From Bugula neritina (taxonomy: Eukaryota; Animalia; Bryozoa), in contig OZ037767.1 of the NCBI GenBank assembly GCA_964035545.1, positions 19,174,628-19,238,627 of the forward strand: DNA of 64,000 bases, read 5' to 3'. Below are positions 1-11,522 of the stretch, in pieces (the first letter of the stretch is position 1; each line of letters opens with the position of its first letter). Below the pieces are notes generated by a model that was not told the DNA's origin, made no database searches, and saw nothing but the letters and a program-made list of their open reading frames with translations. A program made the translations under genes and the position numbers.

Positions 1-11
1 ACAGTACTTAC

Positions 12-2091
12 AGGCTGCCCACTGTTTGGTCACTTCGGAGTCGGCCCCTTTTTGGCAGACTTTGCTTGTCCTTTTCACTTCCTTGGCTCCTGTATATTTT
101 ACAAGCAATTAAAAGTCATCAAGAATATGTTTTATTAAATTAAACAAAAACGCTCTCCAGCCTTATTGCATTAAGTTTATAATTACTAATTAATTTTGAA
201 TGTCTGTCATTTGACAATAGACAATCTTAATGCTTTTAAAACAACATTTTCATTACGAGGAAGAACGCAAATAAACAGGTTGAAGCTACCAATAGATTTA
301 GGAATGGGCAATTATTCACTGCACGCTGACATAACGTACTTGCTGGCAGCTGGCGGAGATTTACTACGTCCCTTAGTGTGTTTCTTCTTTTTAGAGCCTG
401 AAGAAATGGCTTTGGGTTTCTCTCGAGGAACATCAGCAGGATTGGTCACAGTGACTGACTGTACACTGTCTTCAGACTTCATTTTGTCAGGAGTTGTCAT
501 CTCAGATTGACGGTAGAGAGTCAAGTTATCTAAGCTGAAGTCTTGGTTTTTCGTTGACTCCACTCCGGTGAAAGCAGCTCTACAGATATAGATCAAGTCA
601 TTACAATTTACTCTGCTTGCATAAAATAATGTCTATAATAAAATACTAAAAGTACCAAGTTGGGAATCATTTTAATGTCAGTCATAAAGGCTTTTGTAAG
701 GCAGAAATTTGGTATAATGAGAATAACGTTAAGCTCCAAGGGTTATAGGCTAATCACTAGAAGAAGGTTATAATGGCTAGTTTGTCTTGTAGAATAGTGA
801 ATATGATTTTATTTATTGTTGATTATGATTCAGTGTAGAGATGAATTAATCATGCCAAGAAAAACGGAATACTGTCTTTAAAACCAAATTTAATTATTTC
901 TAAATTATTTGGATTCATTATTTAATTTTATGACATAGTTTTGACAAAAAGTATTGTAAGCTGACACATGTTCATCAGCTGTTGAAAAAATTATGTGTGT
1001 GTACGTGTGTGCGCGTGCGCGTGCGCGTGCGCGTGTGTGTGTGTGTGTGCATTGTCTGTAATTAAATTTATAATGAGAGTAATGTTAAGTTTCAAAGATC
1101 ATAATCACTAGAAGAAGGTTAATGGGTAGCCATTTTGAACAATGATAACAGAACATGAAGTCACATGTTTTTATCGCATGCATACATATTAAGGAGATAA
1201 CATTTAGCGCTGAGTTAAGGTTGTTTAACATGGTTATAAGTTATAAACTAGTAATAAAAAAAGCAGATTAAACAAAATACATAGCATAATAATTCAATTA
1301 TGAAATTTACAAGATAGAAGCTAAATAATCATGCTTAGGTATTAAAGTAATCAATGAACAAATACTATACACAGTCGTTTTGGTGAAAACTTTAATTTGA
1401 TTTGCAAACTATCTTTTTTACTATACTTACGGTTGCGGCTTGAAGACATCTTTCATGATGTAGATTGCTGCCAATAGGTGGATAACGAGAAGTGTCACGG
1501 CATAGTATATCATTGCATCGTATTCAATCGTGACAATCCCTACAATGAAATATCAGGTTATTGTCATACCTATGCTATTCATTATACAATGTTATCACAT
1601 AAAGCTCAGCTACTAGTGCATTATATGAATATTATATTACGCTTCATTATATATACCACACTATAATATACACTATACTAAATACTACACAGCATACATT
1701 AAATACCCTATAATATAGGATAATATTATTTTCCTATATACTAGACTAAGTAGCTATACTGTATATTATACACATTATATGCTATGTATTTTAGAAATGC
1801 GCTACGAATTACTACACTATACTACAAACCCTATATTATACTACACTATACTACATACCCTACACTATAATATACACTATACTATACTACAGACACTGTA
1901 CTATTTGGTACACCATACACTATACACCATACACTATACACCATACACTATACACCATACACTATACATCATACACTATACATCATACACTATACATCAT
2001 ACTACATATATCATACTATGACCGTACTATACACTCATTTCACTAAGTTCAACTTACCAGAGGTTTTGATAGCCACTGAGATATCCGACAT
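12..2091 (-). CDS. Uncharacterised single-pass membrane protein, 5' part (continues beyond left edge). Coding exons 2091-2058, 1539-1431, 579-340, 89-12; probable 5'UTR exon near 2720-2659
   Basis: GT-AG boundaries join in frame: MSDISVAIKTSGIVTIEYDAMIYYAVTLLVIHLLAAIYIMKDVFKPQPAAFTGVESTKNQ...KKKKHTKGRSKSPPAASKSQGSEKDKQSLPKRGRLRS. One hydrophobic helix followed by a Ser/Lys-rich tail. An in-frame stop lies upstream of the ATG. Family not recognised. Confidence 0.65.
993..1050. repeat. (GT)n/(GTGCGC)n microsatellite
   Basis: Directly visible. Confidence 0.9.
1800..2035. repeat. Degenerate 14-bp minisatellite (ATACACTATACACC/ATACACTATACATC)
   Basis: Tandem units clearest at 1915-2015. Explains the Y/T/H-rich spurious ORF 1779-2021. 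Confidence 0.85.
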
Positions 2092-4165
2092 TTTTCTGCA
2101 GTGGCAATTAGGTCCAGGTTAAAGTTATCTTTAATAGTATAAAAAATATCTGAAATTCAAGCAGACATTACAAATAGCATTTTAGAAATTGTGACCATGC
2201 AGTTCATTTTTCTACTAATTTCTTCTACTATTCTGCTAAATTTTCAATTCATCAGTTTAATAGTTTGTTTTTATAATTGTTACATGTTTTTATTCATTTG
2301 AAAAAAGAATAAAACTTTTAATAGCTTGTAAAAGTGAATCTGCGATATGTTATCGTCTGTACTTTTTATTTTGGAGTTATTGTTCCATAATACATAGCTT
2401 AAGCTTTCAGCAGTTATATAGATTCAGTGCAAATCAGTATATAATAAGATATCCAAAAAAAGTTTATTTAAACTAATAATGGTTAAAATTTGGGAGCTGA
2501 ATTAAAGTGCTACATGACTAGTGGTTTTAAGACCCATAGAAAATAATATTCAATAATTAAAAAAGAAAAGGAATTTTTTTTAACACAAACCAACTATAAT
2601 AACAGTAAAGGTATGCTGATATATACAAACATGTGTATGCATAATATACTCAAACTTACGGTCTTGTAGACTTTTCTGATCATCCAGGTAAAACTTGATG
2701 AGAAATTATTGGAAGAAAAAATCCTACAACAATCACAATAATTTTTATAGGCTGAATTACTTGTATTTATCATCAACAATCAATAAATTGTAACTGTTAT
2801 TTCAAAAATTCAAGACTTTTTAGTGTTGCTTATTATTTAACTACTTTTCATTAAATTCTTAGAAATGTTAGATTTGCAGTGAAATTTGCACTGCTGCAAC
2901 ATTTGTTTGATCATATAATATAATTATGTAAAAGCTACAATAGTTTTGTCATAGTATAAGCGCAAGCCATATTGATATTTGTAAGAAACACTGTATATAT
3001 CAGACAACTCCTACTGCATTTATGCCTCTCATTTTTTGTTTAAACTCCTCCAACTATATTTGATATCTTATACCATAAAGTAGTTGCATATAGTTGCTTT
3101 ACAAGCTAATTTATTATAATTGTTAACTTGAAATGTTTCATATAGGAGTTGTCTTCTTTTTACTGAAACTCAAAATCACTTGAAAAAAATTCTGCTAGCA
3201 GTCATCAGCTGGTGTTAATGCATAAATTTGAGTAATTTAGCTTGCACAAGATTTTCACCGTGGAAGTGTTATATTTATGAATTTGATGTTTATCAAGGGC
3301 TTATAACTCTTACATATATAATAGGATTTGTTATACTATTTTATAGCAACTATAACTTGTATTTAAATTTATCAACTCTCCAAACTTGTATAGTTATCGC
3401 CAAATTTTCATAATTATAAATTTTCAAAACTACTTTGTCAATTTATAGATTCAGTTTAAATGAAGCAGGTTTTCAAAAACATTAGAAATGCAAAAGGCAT
3501 CAAATTGATATTTTATAAAACGTGGCTATAGCATATCAGCTTTAGTGTTTGGGAACATCTCGATTATAGCTGTTCCTAGTTTCTAATTCTTCATAATAGT
3601 TATATGATTAGTTTATTTTATTTATGTTTAATACTTTATATATAAGTAATTCATTATAGATATATGTATAGTTATTTTTTATAATTATTTATTATAGTAC
3701 TTTCGAAGCCTAATTTCTTTTCATTTGTGAACAAGTTGTCATAGTTATGTCACAGTTATCAGTGTCTATAAGCAGTATGAATAGGTTAGCTCATATATTT
3801 CATTACAACATGGTTGTGGTTTAGCTCATTATTGGCAAATCTTACACTGCATATGGTGTGTCTATTGAAACTATACATCTGACGGAGGAATCAATATTTT
3901 TTCGTCATACTTGACAATGAAATATTTAATCATTATTTGCATACATAATAAAATAGGATATAGACTAGGATGTTGCTTGATAGATTTGTTTTATATTGGT
4001 ACTTAATTATCGTAATTGCTATGAAATAAAAGACTTTTATTAAACCAAATAATTGCATGGATGTATTATATTATTATATTTAAATTAGAACTGATTGCAT
4101 CAGCAGAAACATTTAATCATTGAGTGGCATACCTACATATCTCTTAGTTGACATTATATAGCAAT

Positions 4166-6521
4166 ATGGCACGGATTTGGGTGCTTGGTTTGTTAAGCAT
4201 GGTTTTTCTCACTGGTAAGAATATGTACATTTTTACAGCGCAACTAGTTGCATACTAGAATGCATCATATTCATTACTTCTTGTTTGTTATCATTTTATG
4301 GCAATGTTTTAAATGTGGTTATGCTTTGCTTCAATGCAGTGTTTAGCATCAAATTGCTGTTAATATTTAAACTTAGATGCTGCCCCTGGTAATGTAACAT
4401 TCAGCAGCAGATACTTAGGCTGTTACAAAGACGGCTGGTCGAGAACTTTAGACGGTCTTTACTCAAGAACTGCTGACAGCGTTACTCTTTGTACTTCCTT
4501 CTGCTATGAAAATGGTAAAGATTCTAACAATTTAGGCATTTTTCTACAGAAATAGTAAATAATTAAATATTATTTGCAAAATATCACTATGCAAGCTCAA
4601 AAAACTTTGATGCATCTTAGACACCTGCATGAAATAGAATATGGTCAATATGAAAGTTATGGAAATTATTGCTTATAGTGAGTGAAATCTAGTTAGATCT
4701 TCTAGCATTTTTTTTTTACTTATAAGATACATTAGAAGTATCAAACACTATAGAAATTATGAACTATAAAACATTTCTGATAATGCAGAAAACTTTTTAT
4801 ATTTGTTTGTTTTGGGCAATAATAAAATAAACACACTTCCTAAAATTTGTTTCTGACAATCTAAGCTAGCAACCTCACAATGAGGAGATGCAACAATTCA
4901 AGAGGACCACCTGGCGCAGCCATGACACCTCAACATAAAAGGAGGTTGAGGATGACATAAAAACTATAAATTATGGCTAAAGTTAATTTCGCTTTTTAGC
5001 ACAGCATAATAATTATGAGAATATATAAAAACATGCAGAAATGTTTTTGCTGTTTGCAATTTCTACAGATCCTTAATTTTAGCAAAATTTTTAAATGCCT
5101 AATTTGTCTTATTATAGGAAGCAAAATAAAATGTGGTCTTTGAATTGACGTGTTGCTTTAATTTAAATAAAATTTGATTTTTGAGACGTCTTTGAAAATT
5201 AGTTTAAAGAACTGTTTACAAAAGTACTTTTATATGAGATTGTTAATATATAAGTTGCTCGGAGAGTCTTGTTATACTCATTTCAGTTGCATGAACACAT
5301 GCTCATTGAAACACTTTGTCTGCTTTGAAAGTCATTTGAGTATTCTCTTGTGTTCCTCTTTCTACATTACATATATTGTGGTTATATAACACTGTGCTGT
5401 AGTAAGTATATACTAGTAACAGGTTCCATATGATTTAAGCAGCTTGTAATGTAAATGGAATTTAACAAATCGCAGATCAATGAGTTATAACTATAGCTTA
5501 TAATCTTCTTTCTTTCATCTTTCTCAAGGATTCAGATATGCTGGCTCAGAGCATATGAATGAATGTTTCTGTGGTAATGATGGTCTTGAGAAGAATGGTG
5601 GACCCGCTCTTGAAGAGACCTGCAACACTCCGTGTCGAGGCGACCCAACTCAGACGTGTGGCGGAGAATATAGACTTTCAGTCTACGAGTTGTCACCGCT
5701 AACAAAAAGTAAGTGTAGCAGGAATAAGCCAATGGGAAGTGGGTATGATGGTTGTGAACCAATAAAATACAAGTTTAATAGAAATGAATCAAGGAAAAGC
5801 AACTTGAGTAGAATTGAGCCGATAAGAAAATTGAATGAGTTTTATGATGCACATGTACTGAAGAGATTTAACTTTAAATAAACGACAACAGTACAACATG
5901 CCTAATATTTCTAAAAAGATGCTTTGTTGTAAAACTTTGTGCGGAATGTAATTATTCGCCAAATTGTATTTCTAGTTTTGAAACCAATTTCTAAATATCC
6001 TCGCCTTTTAGGAATCAACAAAGAATATAGATATTTAATACAGTGTAGCTAGGCATATGAAGGGTTTCCAGGATACAATAGTTCAAGCAGAATATACAGA
6101 ATTCACAGCTGTATGTAGAGTTAGATGCTCTTTTGTTTGTAAGAGAAGAGAATTTGACACTTTATAGTATAGGAATATGTTTGAAAATACCTCAAGCAGC
6201 TTCTTTTTCTATTTAATGAGCAGCTAAATTACTAACAAATTTAGGATATGCATTTTCAATTTACAACTTATTACAGGGACAGAGGAAGTCTTTGTTTTTT
6301 TGGAGGGAGATATTAGCAACTTGAAGGTGATGTCTACTGGACAAAATCAGACTCAAGAGCAATGCATCTTTGCCTGTCTCAATAACATCTTCTGTGAAGG
6401 ATATACTTATGACAGAGCTGATGGCACATGCAAGCACTTTGAGAGAACCTGCTCTTCAGCTTCTATAAATATGACACAAGTCTATCTTGTGAAGTCGAAA
6501 TTCAGCCAGAATTATTGCTAA
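4166..6521 (+). CDS. Secreted WSC + PAN/Apple-like protein, copy 1 (203 aa). Exons 4166-4214, 4377-4514, 5529-5708, 6277-6521
   Basis: All introns phase 1, GT-AG. Signal peptide MARIWVLGLLSMVFLT. WSC signature YLGCY.D...C..FC...GFRYAG....ECFCG...C..PC.G.....CGG..RLSVY (8 Cys). PAN-like QCIFACLNNIFCEGYTYDRADGTCKH. Confidence 0.9.
5709..5830 (+). repeat. Degenerate 30-bp repeat ladder at start of intron 3 (copy 1)
   Basis: Units start at 5709 (GTAAGT), 5739 (GTGGGT), 5769 and 5799; each ends in a CCAATRARAA-like motif. Confidence 0.7.
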
Positions 6522-7316
6522 AAAATAATTAAAAAGCTGATTGGTATACAAAACAGCTTCATCTAAATTCTACAATTGATATATGACATATTGCATAAAA
6601 TCTTCTTGGAGTTTTATAGACATTGTAAACTAGGGTTCTCCCTAGAGCAAGTCTATGGTGAACATACGGATACACATTTTATACAAATTTGGTGTCATAT
6701 AAGTAGCTCAATAATTTTAGTGACTCATCTATAATGTTGTAAGTGGAGTTGTCAATACTTTTTTGTTACAAACAAATCAATTGATGGATTAAATCACATT
6801 CATTGTTCCCAATAGTTAATCTTTCTATGGGCCGAAATTATGTCAACAGGACTTAGGCCTACTATAACTTATTACAGCAACGCCTCTTTCTCTTTTGGAC
6901 TGTTTGATATTTTTCAGCATAGAATCTTTTGCCAAATGATTTCCAGCTTCTCAAACAATTTGAAAGAAATTTGTTTTTGTGTAGGAAGTAATATATTTAG
7001 CAATTATAATTAAAATATTTCTAGCTCAGTAGAATATTACAATATTTGAAACTGTTATTTTTTTCCTTTTCTAAAACAACTTTAAAAGTAATGTACCCGT
7101 TGTCAACAAAAAGTTAAACAAATCACCAATTAGCCACAAATGTACATCTAATTTGCAGTGTAGCTATGCACACAAAAGGTGTCTATGGTATACAATATTT
7201 TCATCAAAATAATATACAGAATTCACAACTGTTTTATGTATAGGGCTAGAATAAGTTCTTTGTCTGTGAGGGAGACAATTTTGAAATTTTACTGCTATTG
7301 TAGGCATTTGTTTGAA

Positions 7317-7505
7317 TCCGTGGTCTAGGGGGTTAGAGCATTTGCCTAGTAAACAAAAGGTCATGGGCAATTGGTAATGTTAGGAAAAGCATCCAGTCAT
7401 AATTGCTCCTGTGCCTCATTTAAATAAGTCCTTAGCCCGCTTTAACAAAAACTCTTTTCATCAGGAGTTTCTTAGAGAGATAGCGGTTATAAACTTGCGT
7501 GAGTT
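7317..7505 (+). mobile_element. tRNA-Thr(AGT)-derived SINE, partly deleted head
   Basis: Homologous to 24710-24914. Flanked by a 16-bp near-perfect duplication TAGG(C/T)ATTTGTTTGAA at 7301-7316 and 7507-7522. Confidence 0.75.
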
Positions 7506-7612
7506 ATAGGTATTTGTTTGAAAACACCTAAAACAGTTTTTCATTCTATTAAATGAACAGCTCTTACTATCAATAATTTTCGATAGCAATTTCAATCTAC
7601 AATCCATCACAG

Positions 7613-7865
7613 AGGCAGAGAAAGTCGATATGTTTTGGAAAAATATATTAGCAACTTGAAGGTGATGTCTACTGGACAAAATCAGACTCAAGAGCAATGC
7701 ACCTTTGCCTGTCTCAATAACGTTTTTTGTAAAGGATATATTTGTGACAGGGCTGATGGCACATGCAGGCACCTTTAGAAAACCTGCTCCTCAGTTTCTA
7801 TAACTATGACACAAGTCTATATCTTGTGAAGGCACAATTCACACACAATTATACTGCGCAAAATT
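7613..7865 (+). pseudogene. Orphan degenerate PAN exon (exon 4) of the WSC-PAN family
   Basis: Aligns to 6277-6521. Contains an in-frame TAG (CAC CTT TAG in place of GAG) and indels. No exons 1-3 of its own. Confidence 0.85.
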
Positions 7866-9035
7866 ATTAGAAGCTGATTAGTACACATTATATAAGCATC
7901 TTTATAATTGATATATAATTAGCTACTGCAAGAAGTATTTGTTATTTTGGAGTTGTGTATCTACATATTTATAGATACGTTTGACCAGGGTTCTTCCTAA
8001 AGCAAGCTTTCATCGAACGTGAACACATATTTTACAACTTATGGTTGTATAGTTTTACTATAATTAGAGTTGTCAACACCTGTCTGTTATATAAGCAAAT
8101 CATTAAATGAATAAACTTAACTTTTTTAAACTTAATAGTTAAGTAACATGTCTAAATTATATTTACTATAGCTTATTGTCACACAACTTCTTTCTGGTGC
8201 TCTCTGGCTATAGCAAGAAAATGGTTACATAATCACATCTGCACTGCAGATGCGTCTGAACTGCACACAATGCAGCAAACAAATACTCTTGTCTGTCAGT
8301 TAAAAATAATTGTTTTTAAGGGAGATTGCATTCATAGCGAGAAACTTCACTGTAAATTCAGAAGTTTTAATTTGTGTGTTTTATGTTCATATTGATTGTT
8401 ATTTGTCTGGGTTATTTTGATGGTATAAATATATTATTTCAACAACTACACCTTTGACAAATTTATATTGATCTATAATTTCAATTACAATGACATATAA
8501 TATGTTATGTAAAAGAATAAAATAATTTCAATAAAAAATTCTCTAAACGGTAGAAATATGAACAGTTTTTATTTATATGTATTGGACTGGTGGATGCAAA
8601 AAACTGTTAGTCAAGGGATCAGTATAAAATATAAGTGAGAAGAAGCTTAAAGCCTTGCATCTATGACTGTTTCAATTATTTAGTTCGCCATCAATTGCAG
8701 CCGCTCTTATGAACCATAGCCTTAGTTACAGCTACGTTCAGCTATAAAATTGCTATTCTGGTTGCTACAGGGTTGGGGTAATTGTAATTTGTAATTGTAA
8801 TTGGCTGTAATTAATTACATTTTTTTAAGTAATTGAATGTAATTTGTAATTGAGGTTTAAAAATGTAATTGTAATTGTAATTGTAATTAATTACATATCT
8901 AATGTAATTGATTTTTACAATTACTTTATAATTACATGTCAATTACTTCAAACTTTTAAATCTTAAAAACTCCTTCTTTTTCTACAATGCCTACTGTTAA
9001 ATAACAAGTTCAGATAGTTTGGTCAATATAGCATA

Positions 9036-9675
9036 GGGTCATTCCATGCTAACTCACCGAATTGCCCGCGTCTATTTGCGTCTCCGATTTTGTTCATGTT
9101 TACACCAAATAGACCTACACATGCCTCAAGTACTCTTCTACAGTATTTCTGACCTGACACAAATTTCTTTTGAGAACTGACTACTTTTGTAGACAAAAGT
9201 TGAGAAACATTTTGAAGAAAATTTGTGATTTCTACTCTTAGACTAATCTATAAACGTCTATATCTCAATCATTTTTCTAGACTGAGCTTTAAAATTTGCT
9301 GTGTGATTTGACAATACCTATCAATTTGCACTAGTAGCAACACATACTACAGAATACTTTGTGTGCATATATGCAAAGTCATTGAATATGAACAAATCTT
9401 TGTAAATTTTGAAAAATTTTAAATACTCGCCTAATCAAATTTTAAATTACTTATAAATTGGTCTAAAAGTATAAATCACAAATTTTCCTCCAAATATTTT
9501 CCAACCTTTGTTCACCAAAGTAGTAATTTCTCAAAATGTTTTTGTGTCCGGCCAGAAATATTCACGAATGGTAATCTGAACATGTGTAGGTTCATTTAGT
9601 GTAAATATGAGCAAAATCTGAGACACAAAGACGTGGGACCCCTTGAAAGTTGGTTGATTTGGTATGGAATGACCC
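9036..9675. mobile_element. MITE with about 220-bp imperfect inverted arms, TA-flanked, nested in the hAT element
   Basis: Ends GGGTCATTCCAT ... ATGGAATGACCC, with TA on both sides. 9065-9255 is the diverged reverse complement of about 9450-9640. Confidence 0.8.
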
Positions 9676-9736
9676 TATAGTATCACTGTAGAAAATAAAA
9701 GAGGTTCACCACTGTCAACACTGCCCCTGGTAGTTA

Positions 9737-10148
9737 TGTTGTGATTTTGTGGATTATCAGAATAGACTAGTAGTCTGCATGCCAGTTATTGTGATGGAAA
9801 TAAAGAGTCTTGATTCAAATGAATATATGAGTATTTATTTCTTCTGACTGTTTCGAGCTCCAGTATAAGAATGAATTGCTTTGGAAAAACTTCGTACTTA
9901 TATAGGGGGAAATTCCCGCCACTTAATGAGGGACCGAAACTCGTGCGAACGTCGGAGTTCCGCCGACCGACATCGGAGGAAGACCTGCCCGATCTCGGGC
10001 AGGCCCCTCCGATATCGCGTCTTCGGGCTCCGACCTCGCACGAGTCTTGGCTTACATATAATAATAATAACAAAAAAAAGAACGTGCGCAAGGGAATATA
10101 ACTCTAAAATAAAACAAGGACATGGTATATTTGTGCGAATCTACAACA
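9737..10148 (-). repeat. 3' LTR of the Gypsy element
   Basis: Direct repeat of 17183-17594; one substitution seen (GACCGACA vs GACCGATA). On the - strand it has TATA-like and AATAAA motifs and is preceded by the G-rich tract AGGGGGTGTG. Confidence 0.97.
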
Positions 10149-10315
10149 CACACCCCCTATTGGAAAGCATCTCTTTCCGATACAAAAAAAAACAAATATA
10201 TAATACAAATAAAACAATATCTAGGGTTGCACAAGTTTACAAGGAGAATTAAGAAAATATAAATGTAGTAAAGGTTTGAGCAGGCTGATTGTCAGGAGTA
10301 AGGGTAGAGTAGCCT

Positions 10316-11522
10316 TCAGTTGCGACGGTCACCTCTGCGGCCCTCGAGCCTGTCCAGGCGGCGGCGAACAGCGTGGATGTCATCTTCCAGCCGGCGTACC
10401 TGCCGGCGCAGCCGGAGAACCTCCGTCTCATGGGGGCATCGTGCTGGCACTGCTGGGGTAGGGGTGGAACCCTGAGTCCTAGGGTCCTGGCGCCTCCGCC
10501 TCTTGTGGCTGGCTATCTGCTGGGTATTCCCGTCGACCCTAGCCAACACAACCCGGAGAGGTCGGGTGACAGCTGGCTGGGCCGCGGGTGGTGCCTCGTC
10601 GTCGGTAGCATCTTGTGATGGGCGGCATGCCGGAAATCCCTGGGCGAGTGTTGCCCGTTTATGGGGGTCGCCGATGTGAGGGAGAATCAAGTCCCGAAAT
10701 TCGGGAAATGTCGCCTCGTCGACCACAAACACCTGGCCCGTGTGGCAGCGGGCTATGCGCTGATGCCTCAGCACATAATCTCTCTGAAAAGAGAATTCGC
10801 CACACGGGCAGAAGACGTTGGCATAGTGTTGGGGCACGTGCACCCGCAGTCGCCTGGTCGTAGTAAATTTCTTACTACACTGGCGGCACTTGCGGTTGCC
10901 GGCCTCTCCGCAGTCCTGCTCTATCCTGGCACGGGTCTCTGCCGTGGTCCAGTGTAGGCGCTCTGTCAAGATGTGGGGGAGAGCTAGCTGTTGGTAAGGA
11001 GGCTCGTCCTTCAACTGGGGGCCCTCACCGGACGGGAAACCGTCGGCTGGAGGGGGGGGTATCTGCTTCCGGCTGGTTGGTGAGCGTAGGCTCTGGTGCT
11101 GGATCCTCAGGCGGGCTGGTAACAGCCGGGTCGGGAACTGTGGGTGCCGGGGAGTCGATACGACTCGACCCGACCTCCTCACATTCCATGGCTTCTGCAA
11201 CAGAAAACAGAGAGCTTGGTGACCTGGCCGTAGGAGTGCCGAATTTCGGCATCTCCTTGTAAGGCACTCTTTGACACATGGGTAGGTCAGGTGATAGCCG
11301 AAGAGACACCCGTCCAACCTCCTGGTCTAGCAGGTAGTCGTGGACTGGGGACTCTTCTACATCGTCCTGACCTTTGTGATCAAAGAACAGCTCATTTTCC
11401 CACTGATAGTCGGGTGAAAATGAGTCTAGAGAGCTACTACACTCCGTGAATGGAGGTTCTAGTAAGCTAGAAATACCTGATATCGTAGCGAGTTGGGTCT
11501 GATTAACTGTCACGGGCTCCAT
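10316..11522 (-). CDS. Accessory ORF3 of the Gypsy element: acidic/Pro-rich N-terminus, two C2H2-type zinc fingers, C-terminal coiled coil. About 401 aa if one frameshift at the C8 run 11052-11059 is corrected
   Basis: CRQCSKKFTTTRRLRVHVPQH and CPCGEFSFQRDYVLRHQRIARCH (10888-10742); EVLRLRRQVRRLEDDIHAVRRRLDRLE. The start at 11522 (MEPVTV) and the join are inferred; the finger-coding frame is ORF 10316-11317. Confidence 0.7.

Noticed and set aside
7613-7865. Orphan exon 4 as an alternative terminal exon of copy 1
   Set aside because: In-frame TAG and indels break the PAN domain.
9786-10252. ORFs in the Gypsy LTRs (e.g. MRTFFFLLLLLYVSQ, signal-peptide-like), repeated at 17232-17599
   Set aside because: They lie in LTR sequence, the hydrophobic start comes from a T-rich run, and the duplication is just LTR identity.
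10316-11317. Gypsy ORF3 as an envelope gene
   Set aside because: No signal peptide or TM anchor; it has zinc fingers instead.
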